This document shows positions 13,346-27,150 of a stretch of DNA of 64,000 nucleotides, in pieces (position 1 is the first letter of the stretch; each line of letters starts with the position of its first letter). The stretch lies in assembly GCA_013265495.1 (NCBI GenBank), contig MU058423.1, forward strand, positions 6,176,939 to 6,240,938. The letters run 5' to 3'. Source of the stretch: Vicugna vicugna. Its lineage: Eukaryota. The notes under the pieces were generated by a model, which saw only the letters and a program-made list of their open reading frames with translations, was not told the origin of the DNA and ran no database searches. The position numbers and the translations under genes were made by a program.

Positions 13346-15124
13346 GCTTATTCAAATTTTTTGTTCACTGTAGTCAGTGCTACAGGTTGAAATGGACATT
13401 TTCAGAAACAAAACTCTTCTTCAAATAGGTAGTGAGGAAAGAGAAAAATGGAGCTGGAAGTTGGGAGAGAGAGCGGGAGAGAAAGAAGAAATAGGAAACA
13501 CAAAGCCAAGCACATGAGGCAAGAAAAAAGAAGAGATATATGTGTCTGATGGCCCCCAAACATGATTACCCAGGAAGCTCAGAATATCACAACATTCTAA
13601 TTTCAGTGTGTACATTCAGGCTGATTATGACTTTTAAAATTGCAAACAACGCCATGCTTTTGAATAGGTATAGATGCCTAGCAAAAACAAACCAATACAC
13701 AAACTTCTTGTGTGCTCCGTGTGAAAAGGATTTCTAGGCGGTGGTGGTTGTTTGTGTTTTGTTTTCTGAACCTGGTCATAATCCATATCAGCATTTTATT
13801 GCTTAAAACCATTGAGATAATTTTCTTATTTTAATAATTGAGAATGTATGAGGGAAACTTCATTAGAGCATTGGTTGCAAAACACGCCTTGAAATGTTAA
13901 AGTGTTTAATGTTTGAAGATAAGAATTTTCCTCAACAAAAGAATAGCAATCACTATGCCTTCAACTATATATGTTGGCCACATTTTGCTTTTAGAGACTT
14001 AACTTTGTAAGCATTTTTATCAGGCTTTCTAGAGTGTGAGTCCTTACTATGGCATGTGAAATTACTACCTTCTCTCCTGTTGTGTTCTTTTGTGATGATG
14101 TTTCCTAAGCCATTATGGTGTTTGTAAAGAGAATGTTTAGACTAGTTGGCCAGAAATCCGTGAATTTTCTTTGTGAAGGCTGGTGTGATACTCACTGGTC
14201 TAATCTCCTCTCGACATGAGAAATAAGCTTGGGGAAACAGACCAATGAAATTTTCCAGGAGTCTGAGTTAAAGATTATTTATTATAAGTAAACTCTGAAT
14301 CTATGTATTTACAATGAGTGGCTCCACTGTCCCAGAAACTATACAATTTTCTGGAGTATTAAAAATAGAGAGATTCAATGGCATAAATATTTTGCCAACT
14401 TTGAAACATACTGTATTTAGAGAACTCATCTATTCAGGGATAAAGAACATATGAGTAATGCAAGAAAAGGCTTTGAATGGTCACCAGGAGTTTGACTGCT
14501 TTTAGCCCCTTGATTGCTTCTTTAAATCATTAGTGAACTTTGAGAAAAGGTAAGATTTCTGGTTTGAAAGAATCTGATTAGAAACAGATTCTTTGTATGC
14601 CCAGTATTCACTGAAAAAGTTTAAGTGTTAAATATAGCATTATTAAAAGCAAACAACAAATTAAATTTGAAACTGAAACACTTCATGTGAGGCTAAAGCA
14701 ATATAATGGTCTCCTAAAAATGGCAAGCTATCATTTGTAACCCCTTTTGACAAATTTTTTTATATAACCACTTCCTTATTAATGCTGTATAGTTATTTAA
14801 TACAAAAAATTCATATATTCAGTTGTATAATTTAAATTTGTCCAAAATAGATATTTAATGAAATCTTTCTCCTGGAAAACCTATGGCTAGAGTAAATGCT
14901 TCAGTTGAGCATACACTTAACTGGTCGTCTTCAGTTAAAAGCAATGTAAAAATAATCATCTCATATTTAAAACAGTTAATAAAAGAGGGCATGAGATTTT
15001 TATATTAAAAGTTAGCCATCAATTTAAATAGAGAGTTGATTAGTTAGCATTTTATGCTAAAATGACACCCATGTCTCTGTCATACATTTGACATGAACTA
15101 GATTTTACATATCGAAGGTTGAGG

Positions 15125-15505
15125 CCTCTTGCTGCTTTCAGTTAATTGAACATACATATCAAGTTCTTTCCCACCTTTTGGACTTTAGACCTGCTTTTTG
15201 TCTGCCAGAAATACTCCTCTATTTACTTCACATATGCCTCCTTTTGACTGTGAAGAATTGATTTAAATATAATCTCTGACAATCTTTGCTAAATTATCTT
15301 CCTTTCCTCAGTCATGAAATTACTCTCTCTCCACCTTAGTGTTTATTGGACCTGAAATTAACTTATTTATTCAGTTACTCATAAAATTATTTTCCCCTGC
15401 TTCAAGTAAAATGTCATCTCATGGGAATCAGAGAGTTTGTCTGTTTTATTTACAGTTATCTTCCCCAATACCTAGAATAATATTAGGCATGCAATAAATA
15501 AAATA
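15125..15505 (+). mobile_element. L2 3' region
   Basis: aatgtcatctcatgggaatcagagagtttgtctgttttatttacagttatcttccccaatacctagaataatattaggcat. Confidence 0.75.
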
Positions 15506-15826
15506 GAAAATTGGAAAGTGCAGACTAATTCACAGAATTTGCTAGAATTCCATGTATTTTCTAATGGAAGGTGCTTTTGATATGATGATATGACAGAAAT
15601 TTGACAAAGTGGTCTTACTAAGATGGAAATCATTCATTCCATCGCCAGTGAAAGGCAGCTATAAGGATATCTATAAATAATACAAGCACTCAGTTTTGTT
15701 ATCACTGAAGCACATAAACAAGTAGTCAGTTCAGATCCCCAATTTCCCCTCCAAACCTTGCAATCAGAAATATACTTTTTATACTATTACTATAACATTT
15801 CTAATCCACTGAGTATTTGTTGGCTT

Positions 15827-16010
15827 CAGTTGCCAACTGTTCGCATCCATTGGTAAATGTTAGAGTTAACTGTGATTTTTTTCAAAAAGATGACCACTCA
15901 GCCACACACCCAGAGATTTTTATTCAGTATATCTTGGGTGGGACTGAATGTCTACATTTTAAAACTTCACTAGTGATTCTTAAAGACAGTCTTACAGTTG
16001 GAGGCTAGTA
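15827..16010. mobile_element. MER5A-like hAT-Charlie non-autonomous DNA transposon
   Basis: cacacccagagatttttattcagtatatcttgggtgggactgaatgtctacattttaaaacttcactagtgattct matches the MER5A core; about 185 bp. Confidence 0.75.
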
Positions 16011-17169
16011 CACTGGGCATCATGAGGCCCTTGACAGAAGATATTTTTTTTAATTCATCTTTTAGAGTGGGTAACACTAGTAAAACTGGAAAAAAAGGGG
16101 AAGTGGTTTGTAAATAAAATGAATAGTGAAGGATTATAAATCAAGCAGTTCACACACTGGTTAATTATTCCTTAAATACAAAATAGTTCATTTTAATTTC
16201 CATATGATTTTGCATGGCAACTACATTCCTGGCCCCTTGTACTACACAGAAAATAGTAGAAATCGGTGTCAAAGAGAAGAGAGAAAGGAAATAACATATT
16301 AGTGAACCAACTGGAGTCAATAAATGCTTCTCTTTCACAGTCAAATGTATTTCTTATTTTGCCTTCCAGTGAACTCAGTTTCCAAAACTGTGTTTAAAAA
16401 GACGTTGAATTAATTTCTTTTTTTGGTAATAAGACCCTGCTGTGTTCCTTGTTAATTTACTTGGTTCTGTTATAATGAAGGCCAGGAGGCCCTGTCTTTC
16501 AAATTTATTTCTGTCTGCAAATTCTATAATTTCAGAAAGGTACTTAAAACATCGAGGAAACTTGCTTATTCATTCACTTACTTTAATTTAGCCTAAAGGA
16601 GTAATCTCAATACTCTTATTTATCTACAGTACAATTAATGTTAGATATCCTGAGACATATAATGAGAACTTGGCTCAATTTTCCCACATTTTCACCCCTC
16701 AAAATCTCACTTGGGTAAATTCACTTCTGTAAAGTCACTAAATAATCTTCCATTGCCAACCTGATCTATTATGCTTTGGCTGCAAGCCAATATTTTATTT
16801 TCTCTGTCATGCATGCCTAGAAACTTTGCAATTGGACCATATTAAATTTCCATACACTCATTTTTAATATTCCTAACTCACTAGAGTGTTTGAAAGAGAG
16901 GAATGTGATGTTACAGAGGAAGAAAAGTAACAAGATGAAAATCATTTTAGTAAATTTCACTATCTTGAATTAAATATTTCTGCCCATTCAGGTTAGTCTG
17001 TTTTTATCCCAGGTATGTGAAAAATTAGATTATTCCCATTTTGTTACTCTTTTGTCTCCCAAAATATTTTTAGCTTTTTAAAATTTGTTTTAGAAACAAT
17101 TCATTTATTTCTTATAGAAAGTTTAAAATGTTGGTTTTTTTTCTCTCTGGATTATCACTATTAATAGTT

Positions 17170-17790
17170 CAGTTTGATTCAATTCAACAAAAATGTTCTT
17201 TTCTGAGTACCTAAAAACATACCAAATAATTAGTATACAATGATGAATATAATGAAGTCCTGCCCTACAGAAAGTAACCTTTTAGTGAGAAATATATATA
17301 TATTTAAACATATTAGTTCAATTCAATACAGTGTAAAGAAAGATATATGCTCTTATAGCATAGAGGCAGAGAGGCTAGTTACTGAAATGAGAATGATAAA
17401 GAAAAGAGCAACTAGCCAAAGGTAGATTCCTGAAAAGCATAGATTTTAATGGGCAAGAAGAAAGCAAAGAATTTACAAATAGTCATAGAATAAATAAACT
17501 TAATTACCTCCCCCGAAACAAACAAAAACTTAGAATAAAGAGAACTGGAGTTGGTAACTTCAGAAGTAAAAATATAAAAATATATTTAAAAAACAAAAGA
17601 GTGAATGAGGAAAGAGTTTTAATAAAAGGGGCATAGCTCAACAGTGTCAAATGTTACAGAGAATTTCTGCAAGACAGGGCTTTGTAGGTTCACAGGTTGT
17701 GGCAATATGAATGCAATTGATAACTCTTTACTGAAGAACTGTCCCCCAGATAGTGGAGATACCATATTGCTCCAAGTTAGGGGAAAAAGA
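17170..17790 (-). mobile_element. L2 relic
   Basis: ttcaattcaacaaaaatgttcttttctgagtaccta...gtcctgccctacagaaagtaaccttttagtg; tcaacagtgtcaaatgttacagaga. Confidence 0.65.
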
Positions 17791-18754
17791 CTAAAACAAC
17801 AGAGGTAAAGAGTGTGATCACAGATTACTGGCTAACCTTTCAAAGCAGAGTCAGGAAGGGACAATAAAACAAACAGAAAGCCATGGATGATTGTCTCTAT
17901 CTTAGGGCAGAGACCCAGGATCCAGTGTCTTCTTTGCTGCAGAAGAAATTACCTTTTGTCTTTTCCCTCCTGAAATGGTCTCCAAACTTCAATGAAAAAG
18001 AAATATTTATATGCATAAATGAATGGTTCTGATGGTCCTGGGGAAAGAATGAGGGGATATGGAGAAAGGAGAGAGGTCTGACGTGCTTTAGCTCTTTGCT
18101 GCCTCACGTTGCGGGAGAGCACCCCTCCATCACGTCAGTCACACTCCAAGTTCCAACAGAGAAGGGAGGGTGACACACAGCAGAGTCTGGGGCAGCAGGA
18201 AAGGACATTTGATTCAGAAAAAGTCTCCGAAGGGGAAAATTTCAAGACAAACAGGAAACAAAACTGCTTAATCGTCAAGGCTGACAATGGTGGTATGGGG
18301 AAGAAAAGCACTTGGCCTGCGTTATACTTCTCTTTAATGTCTTTGTCTTTTCCACACAGTGTTGAACTACTTATGGTCATGGATTTTTTTTCTTATTCAT
18401 CTCTGTGCTTCCGGTGTTTTTCTATGATAAGAAGGTTAATATAAGTTGTTTAATGCTTAGTTTTTCTTTATGGCTAGGATTTAATATGCTTGTTTGTATG
18501 TAGATAGAGTGCTAGCCTTAAAAATTAATCTAACTTGAATATTGTCATTAATACAGTGACCTCTTGTGATAGACAATTGGAAAGATAAATCAAATCAATA
18601 ATTACTTTAAAGGATGAAATAATAGGAATCCTTGAAAAATAAACCTTGTCAAATCTGATGTAATGATGGGTGACTTTAACCAAACTTTGACTAAAGAACA
18701 GTAAGAAACATCTAATGAGAAAAGACTTAAATATTTCTTATGGTTAGAGGAAAT

Positions 18755-18985
18755 AATAATAAATAGATAATACTGATTGCTTATTATGTTTCAAGCACTT
18801 TTTAAAATGAACTTTGCACTTAAAAATTCCCATAATCATCCAGATAATCTGAGATAGATACTAATTTATCCCCATTTACAAAAGAGATAATGAAAGCCCA
18901 CAATAGTCAAAAAACATACTCAATGTGAGATTAATAAGCAGTGGAACAAAAGGCAAACTCAGGCAATTTAGTCTAAAGCCTACAA
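18755..18985 (-). mobile_element. MIR SINE, near full length
   Basis: tactgattgcttattatgtttcaagcact...atccccatttacaaaagagataatgaaagcccacaatag...gcaaactcaggcaatttagtctaaagcc. Confidence 0.75.
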
Positions 18986-19107
18986 AATGAAACAATATAT
19001 CAATAGAGTTAAAAACATAGATATCACAAATAAAATTAATTTGAGGATGCATACTGGAATAGTCAATCATACATTGTATGCAATGGTTTTTATCAAACAC
19101 CATTTTT

Positions 19108-22100
19108 TAATTGAAGTATAATCAGCCACAATGTGTCAATTTCTAGTGCACAGCACAATGTCCTAGTCATGCATATACATACATATATTTGTTTTCATAT
19201 TCTTTTTCATTAAAGTTATTATAAGATACTGAGTATAGTTCCCTGTGCTATACAAAAGGAACTTGTTTTTTTTTTTTAAATCTATCTTTACATATAGTGG
19301 CTAACATTTACAAATCTGAAACTCCTAAATTTATCCCTTCCCACCCGCTTTCCCTGGTAACCATAAGATTGCTCACTATGTCTGCGAGTCTGTTTCTGTT
19401 TTGTAGATGAGTTCATAGTGTCTTCTTCTTTTTTTTAGATTCCATGTATGAGTGATCTCATATGGTAATTTTCTTTCTTTTTCTGACTTACTTCACTTAG
19501 AATGGTGATCTCTAGGTCCATCCATGTAGCTGCAAATGGCATTATTTTATTCGTTTCTATGACTGAGTAGTATTCCTTTGTATAAATATACCACAGTTCC
19601 TTTATCTTTATCTTTATCTGTTGACAGACATTTAGGTTGCTACCATCTCTTGGCTATTGTATATACTGCTTCTATGAGCATTGGGGTGCATTTATCTTTT
19701 TGAATTAGAGTTCCCTCTGATTATATGCCCAGGAGTGGGGTTGCTGGATCATATAGTAAGTCTAATTTTAGTTTTTTAAGGAATCTCCATACTGTTTTCC
19801 ATAATGGCTGCACCAAACTACATTCCCACTAGCAGTGTAGGAGGTTTCTTTCTTCACACCCTCTCCAGCATTTATCCTTTGTGGACTTTTGAATGATGGC
19901 CATCTTGACTGATGTGAAGTTATACTTCATTGTAGTTTTGATTTGCATTTCCCTGATAATTAGTGATATTGAGCATTTTTCATGTGCCTATTGGCTATTT
20001 ATATGTCTTCATTGGAGAATTGCTTGTTTAGGTCTTCTGCCCATATTTGGATTGGGTTGCTTGTTTTCCTGTTATTAAGTTGTATGAGCTGTTTATATAT
20101 TCTAGAAATTGGGCCTTTGTCAGTCGCATCATTTGCAAATATTTTCTCCCATTCTGTAGGTTGTCATTTTGTTTTGCCTATGGTTTCCTTCACTGTGCAA
20201 AAGCTTATAAGTTTAATTAGGTTCTGTTTATTTTTGCTCTTATTTCTATTGCCTGGGTGGACTGCCCTAGGAGAATATTGCTAAGATGTAGGTCAGAGAA
20301 TGTTTCGCCTATGCTTTCTTCTAGGAGGTTTATTGTGTCTTGTCTTATATTTAAGTCTTAAGCCATTTGAGTTTATTTTTGTGTATGATGTGAGAGAGTA
20401 TTCTAACTTCATTGTTTTACATGCTGCTATCTAGTTTTCCCAACACCACTTGCTGAAAAGACGTCTTTTCTCCATTGTATATTCTTGACTCCTTTGTTGA
20501 AGATTAATTGACCATAGGTCTGTGGGCTTATTTCTGGGCTCTCTATTCTGTTCCATTGATACATATGTCTGTTTTTATGTCGATACCACACTGTTTTGAT
20601 TACTGCAGTATTGTCTGAAGTCTGGGGGGCGTTATTCCTCCAGTTTCACTCTTTCTCTTCAGTATTACTTTGGCAATTCTAGGTCTTTTGTGATTCAATA
20701 TAAATTTTAGGATTATTTATTCTAGTTCTGTGGAAAAATGTTCTAGGTAATTTGAATAGGGATAACATTAAATCTGTAGATTGCCTTGGGCAGTATGGCC
20801 ATTTTAATGATATTGATTCTTCCAATCCAAGAACATGGGCTATCTTTCCGTTTCTTTAAGTCATCTTTAATTTTCTTAATCAGTGTTTTGTAGTTCTCCA
20901 TATGTAAGTCTTTCATCTCCTTGGTAGATTTATTCCTAAGTATTTTATTGTTTCGGATGCAATTTTAAAAGGGATTGTTTTACTTTCTTTTCCTGCTATT
21001 TCCTTGTTAGTGTAAAGAAATGCAACTGTATGTTAATCTTATATTCTGCTACCTGGCAAATTCTTTTATCAGCGCTCATAGTTTTTGTGTGGAGCTTTTA
21101 GGGTTTTCTATATATAGTATCATGTCATCCATATATAGTGACAATTTTACCTCTTCTCTTCCATTTGTATCCATATTAGTTCTTTTTCTTGCCTGATTAC
21201 TATGTCTAGGACTTCCAAGACTGTGTTGAATAGAAGTGGTGAGAGTGGGCGTCCTCGTCTTATTCCAGATTTTATTGGGAAGGCTTTCAGTTTTATACTG
21301 TTGAGTATTATGCGAGCTGTGGGTTTGTCATAAGTAGCTTTTATTATGTTGAGATATGTTCCCTCTATACCCACTTTGGTTAGAGTTTTTATCATAAATG
21401 GGTGTTGAATTTTATCAAATGCTTTTTCTGCATCTATTGAGATGATCATGTGGTTTTTGTCCTTTCTTTTGATGATGTGGTATATCACATTGATTTGTGT
21501 ATGTTAAACCATCCTTGTGTCCCTGGGATGAATCCAACTTGATCATGGTGTATGATTTTTTTATGTGCTGTTGAATTCTGTTTGCTAATATTTTGTTGAG
21601 AGTTTTTGCATCTATGTTCATCAATGATAGTGGCCTGTAATTTTATTTTTTGGTAGTGTCTTTTTGTCTGGTTTGGTATCAGGGTGATGGTGGCTTCATA
21701 GAGTGAGTTTGGGAGTACTCCCTCCTTTCAGTCTTTTGGAAGAGTTTGAGAAGGACTGGTATGAATTTTTTTTTGTATGTTTGGTAGAATTCCCCAATGA
21801 AGCCGTCTGGTCCTGGACTTTTGTACGGAGGTTTTTTGTTTTGTTTTGGTTTGGTTTTTTATTGCTGATTCTATTTCATTTCTAGTAATTAGACTGTTTA
21901 AGTGGTCTATTTCTTCTTGATTCAGTCTTGGTGGACTATATGTTTCCAGAAACTTGTCCATTTCTTCTGGGTTGTCCAATTTGTTTCCACATAGTTATTC
22001 ATAGTATTCTTTTATGGTTTTTTGCATTTCTGTGGTATTGGTTGTAATTTCTTCATTTTCTTTCCTTATTTTTCTTTTATTTGTATTCTCTTTCTTTTCT

Positions 22101-23595
22101 TCTTGGTGAGCCTGGCTAGAGGTTTGTCAATTTTGTTTACTCTTTCAAAAAACCAGCTTTGGTTTAATTGAATTTTTTCTATTTTTACATCTATTTTATT
22201 TATTTTCTCCCTGATCTTTATTATTTCCTTTCTTCTGCTGACTTTAGATTTTGTTTGCTCTTCTTTATCTAATTCTTTTAAGTGATAGATTAGGTTGTTT
22301 TCTTGAGATTGTTCTTTTTTGAGGAAGGCCTGTGTCTCTATGAACTTCCTTCTTAGGACTGCTTTTGTTGCATCCCATAGATTTTTGTGTGGTTGTGTTT
22401 TCATTGTCATTTGTCTCAAAGTACTTTTTAATTTCTTCTTTGATTTGATCATTGATCTATTGGTTTTTTAGTAGAATTTTGTTTAATCTCCATGCTGTCA
22501 CTTTTTTCTCCTTTGTTTTCTTGTGGTTGGTTTCCAGTTTCATGGGATTGTGGTCAGAAAATATGCTTGAAATAATTTCTATCCTCTTAAATTTGTTGAG
22601 GCTTCTTTTCTGCCTGAGTATATGATCTATCCTAGAGAATGTTCCATGTACACTTGAAAAGAATTATATTCTATTTTGCGGGGATGTAATGTCCTAAAAA
22701 TATCAACCAAGTCCAACTCTTCTCTTGTGTCACTGAGAATCTCTGTTGCCTTATTGATTTTCTGTGTGGAAGATCTGTCCTGTGATATTAATGGGGTGTT
22801 AAAGTCTCTTACACTGATTGTGTTCCAATCAGTTTCTCCCTTTATGTCTGTTAGTATTTGCTTTATGTATTTAGGTGCATATATGTTACTGAGTGTAATA
22901 TCCTCATCTTATCTTACTCCTTTAATCATTATATAGTGTCTTTTATCTTTCTTAGTGGTCTTTGTTTTAAAGTCTATTTTGTCTGAAATCAGTATTGCTA
23001 CTCCTGCTTTCTTGTTGCTTCCATTTGCATGAAATATCTTTTTCTATCCTCACTTTTAATCTGTGTGTCCTTCTCCCTAAAGTGGATCTTGTATGCTGCG
23101 TACTGTAGGTTCTTATTTTATTATCTGATCTGCCACTCTGTGTCTTTTGATTGGAACCTTTAGTCATTGACATCTATAGTAATTACTGATAGATGTGTTT
23201 ATTGCCATTTTGAACCTAGTTTTCCAGTTGATTTGGTATTTCTTCTTTGTGTCTTTCTCTTTTTGTGATATAATTTTCTTTTCTATTATCTTGGTTTCTT
23301 TTTGTGTTTTTTGTGACTCTATTGTGTGCTTTTGATTTGTAGTGACCCTCTTTTTCAAGTATATTAACCCATTACTCTATCTGTTTGCTTTAAATGATAG
23401 TCATATAAACTCAGAAAAAGAACAAAAGAAAAAAAGAAAAGAAAATCTGTATTTTCTTGCTCCCCTCTCCCACCTTTAATGATTTTGATGTCCTCTTTTG
23501 CACTTCATGTTTATTCTGTTGCAACTGATTTTAGTTATTGCCTTTCCAATTATGGTTTTCTCCTTTCTATAGCATCCTGCTTCTTTTTTATTTAG
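19108..23595 (-). mobile_element. 4.5-kb 5'-truncated young LINE-1 (camelid-like 3' UTR): inter-ORF spacer, full ORF2 footprint and 3' UTR
   Basis: Multiple ORF2 peptides in the track (e.g. [67 protein letters not shown]). TSD atcaaacaccattttt (19092-19107) / atcaagcaccattttt (23596-23611); right flank reads TTTT/AA, the L1 endonuclease site. Confidence 0.97.
19435..23208 (-). pseudogene. LINE-1 ORF2 (endonuclease/reverse transcriptase), disrupted by frameshifts and stops
   Basis: ATG of MAINT.. at 23208; C-terminal ...ataCATGGAATCTAA near 19435; span about 3.77 kb as expected for ORF2; broken into many short ORFs. Confidence 0.9.
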
Positions 23596-23618
23596 ATCAA
23601 GCACCATTTTTAAAATAG

Positions 23619-24198
23619 TATCTCAGAATTGTCCAGAGTAACAAGCCAATATGTGTGTGTACATCTATCTATATATGTATGTCTATGTGTATATGTATAT
23701 ATACATATATATGTATATGAGAGAGATTGAGATTTATTATAAACAATTGTCTCACACAATTATGGAGACTGAGAAGTTTTAAGGTCTGTAATTGACAAGC
23801 TGAAGACCTAGGAAAGTGGATAAGTAGTTCCAGTACAATTTCAAAGGCCTGAGAACCAGGAGAGCTGATAGTATAAGTTTTAGTCTGAAAGTTAACAAGC
23901 TTGAGACTGAAGCATAGCTGATATTTCAGTCTTAGTCTGAAGGCCAAACATACCAATGTCCCAACTCTTTTAGTCAGAAGGAGTTCTTTCTTACTTAGCC
24001 TTTTTGTTCTATTCAGACCTTCTATTGGTGGATAAAACAAACCTACATTAGGGAGAGTAATCTGCTTTACTTAGTGTACTGATTTAAGTGTTAATCTCAT
24101 TCAGAAACACCCTCACAGACACACCAATAATAATGTTTGGCCAAATGTCTGGGTACCCTATGGCTCAGTTAAGTTGACACATGAAATTAACCATCACA
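23619..24198 (-). repeat. 3' LTR (MLT2-like)
   Basis: ...ttcagaaacaccctcacagacacaccaataataatgtttggccaaatgtctgggtaccctatggctcagttaagttgacacatgaaattaaccatcaca, the MLT2 terminus. Confidence 0.92.
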
Positions 24199-24749
24199 AA
24201 TCTAACCATGTCAACTTGGCACCCATTTGCATCCATTTAAACCATACTTAATCACCAGGAAAGAGAATAACAAGGTCATAATTCTGTCTAACATGATATA
24301 AGTATCCTGCATACAGCTATAAATGTACTAATTCCTTCCACATAGAGGAAAAAAAAGTTCTTAAATGGTATTACTCTTCTCCTTGATATCATGTAACTTA
24401 AATATTTTGATGCAAAGTCAATATGCCTTTTGTTATTTGATAAAATGTTATGGGGAAAAATAAAGATTTTTATATATATAATATTTGTGTGTATATATAC
24501 ACATGCATTCATCCACAAACAAATATTCAAAACAAAATAAGGTGGAAATACTCATAACAATTACAGTTCCTGTTTCTGTAACTTGTCACATGGTTATAGC
24601 TGAAATTTATAATTCTCCTTTTTCCCATTATCCATTCTGTATTCTTTGTCTTCAGCAAGTACCTCATCTTGCCTTGGTTCTTTACCTAGTGGGGTGACCC
24701 AAAAATTCATCCTGAATGGTCTGTGCAATTGGGTTGTTGTAGTTTTCCA

Positions 24750-25100
24750 CTTTCCTTAATAATAGGGCATGGTAAAACTAAAAGATGCATGAAGAGAAGC
24801 CCTAAGGGATCTCCTGTATTCTAGACATAACTCTCTTTTTACCTCCATTGTTGAGTAGTAGTCCAAATTCCCCTTTATAGTCAGATCAATCACCCAGCCA
24901 GCATAGTAACTCCCTTCTTTGCCTGTTGATTTAAAAGCATGAGGATCCCAAAGTGACTGGACCAAAGTCTTAAATTCTAGTTTAATGGAATCATTGTTGT
25001 GTCTCCTGGTGGAATCATCCCTTGTTTGAAGCTAGACTTCTAGGCTAGCAGAGCGTCAGGTTGCAGGAACAGGCAGCTAGTAGGTCAGTAGGGGTAATAA
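24750..25100 (-). pseudogene. ERV-L dUTPase remnant
   Basis: Frame-shifted reading HFGILM..NQQAKKGVTMLAG.ID..YKGEFGLLLNNGGK downstream of integrase, as in ERV-L. Confidence 0.75.
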
Positions 25101-25149
25101 GGAATGGTGTCACTCCCATTTCCACCTTTAGTTCCTTGACGCATGAATC

Positions 25150-27150
25150 CCAGCTATGGGAGAAATAGCACCATATATTGGATGCTGATTCAGAAAATAT
25201 ACACCTTCCTTAAAAATCTTGCTGCAGCCCTGTAAGGTATTGCTACCTAGCTGGTACCATAACTGAGTCTTCAACAACCCATTCCACTGTTCCATCAAGC
25301 CAGCTGCTTTAAGATAGTGAGGAACATGGTAAGGCTGATGAATTCCATGAGCATGGACCTATTGCTGCACTTAGTTTCCTGTGAAGTGAGTTTCTTAATC
25401 AGAGCTATGCTGTGTAAGAATACCATGGTGGGGAATAAGGAATTCTCTAAGTCCCAGATGGTAGTTTTGGCAGAAGCATTGCATGCAAGATAGGCAAATC
25501 CATATGAAGACTGTCTATTGCAGTAAGAACAAAACATTGCCTCTTCCATAATGGAAGCAGTCCAGTGTAATCAACCTGCCACTAGATATCTGGCTGATTG
25601 CCCTGAGGAATGTTGCCATATGGGAACTCTGGTGCTGGCAGACTGGGCCCTCAGCAGTGCCCTTAGCTAGGCTGACCTTTGTGTGAGACAGTTCACGTTG
25701 CTGGGCTCAGGCATAGTCTCCCTCCTCGCCACCATGAACATTTTGTTCATGCTATCGTTGGGCTATGGTGGGGTGAGTGGGGAAAGAGGTTGCCTGGTAT
25801 CCACAGAACAGGTCATCCTATTCCTCCTCTGTGTATCACTCTTTGGTGAGCATTCACATAAGACACACATATCTTCCTATTTTTTGCCCATTCAGAGAAG
25901 TCTATTTACATATGTCTTCCCTCAATTTCCTTGTCGCTAATTTTCAAGTCCCTGCTCATCCAACAATACCATTGGCCACAGCCTATGAACTGATATATAA
26001 TTGTGTGTCTAGCCACTTCTCAGCAAAGATAACCACTAGATGTACTGCTCGAAGTTCTGTCCACTGGGAGGATTTCCCTTCATCACTGTCCTTTAGGGAT
26101 ATCTCAGACAAGGGTTATAATGCTATAGCTGTCTACCTTTGGGTGGTGCCTGCTTGTACAAAGCCATCATTAAACCAGGCTTGAGTCTTTTCTCCCTCTG
26201 TCAACTGATCATAGTAAACTCTTGAGACCATAGGTGCAGACTGAGGAGAAAAATAAGTGTAGCAAGAGCAGGGACCAAGGACATTTGGGCCACTTCTTCA
26301 TCTAACTTACTTGGGTCTTTAGGGCCTGATTGAGCCTGATCTCATATAAATCACTTCCACTTGATGCTGGAGTGTTACTCTGCACGCCCAACTAAATTTT
26401 GACATGGGGCTGGAGAGTTGATATATCCCACAGGTAGGGCATTGCACATGTATTGCTGGCTTTGCCAGCTGAAAGCAAACAGCTTCTGAAAAATGTTATT
26501 GACAGGGATGACAAATAAGGCATTTTCCAGATAATTGTTGCATGCCAGGTACCAGGGGATGTATTAATTCACTCAAGCAGTGAAATCATATCCAGTTATA
26601 GTAGCTGCAATTGGAGTCACCACCTGGTTAAGCTTATGATAATCCACTGTCATTCTCCAAGATCCATATGTCTTCTGTACAGGCCAAAAGGCGATTTGAA
26701 TGAGCATGTAATAGGAATCACCACCCCTGCAAATTTCAGATCCTTGAACATGGCACTAATTTCTCTGAAATCTCTCCAGAAAAGAGACTGCCAACAGTAT
26801 TATTATTGGTTTGCTACTTTTCTTGGTAGAGTCAGTTCTAGTGGCTTCTATGTGTCCTTTCCTAACATAATAGCCCTCATTCCACAGGTCAGGAAACCAA
26901 TGCAGAGATCCTGCCAGTGACTAAGTATGCCTATTCCAATTGTGCATTCTGGGACTGGGAAAATAACACAATGGATTTAGGAACCCACAGGACCCATAGT
27001 GAGACAGACTTGAACTAAAACTCCATTGATCAAGAGACCTCTGTAAGCCCCTATTTTCCGACTTTAGAGCTATAGTGATGTTTTGGGTCTCCTGAAATCA
27101 AGGTCTGGTCACAGCCTGTGTCCTGTAGTCCCTGAAAGGACTGATTTCCC
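25150..27150 (-). pseudogene. ERV-L pro-pol remnant (protease, partial RT, RNase H, integrase)
   Basis: QGLQDTGCDQTLISGDPKHH (protease, about 27130); [11 protein letters not shown] and FAFSWQSQQY..ALPVGYINSPAPCQNLV (RT); KTQAWFNDG (RNase H, about 26180); SYGFAYLACNASAKTTI (integrase, ORF 25295-25549). Confidence 0.88.

Noticed and set aside
18109..18444. 111-aa ORF
   Set aside because: Non-ATG start, no recognisable domain, no convincing exon boundaries
21147..22452. ORFs with RT/ORF2 similarity as a functional gene
   Set aside because: They are frameshifted fragments of one 5'-truncated L1 ORF2; no intact frame
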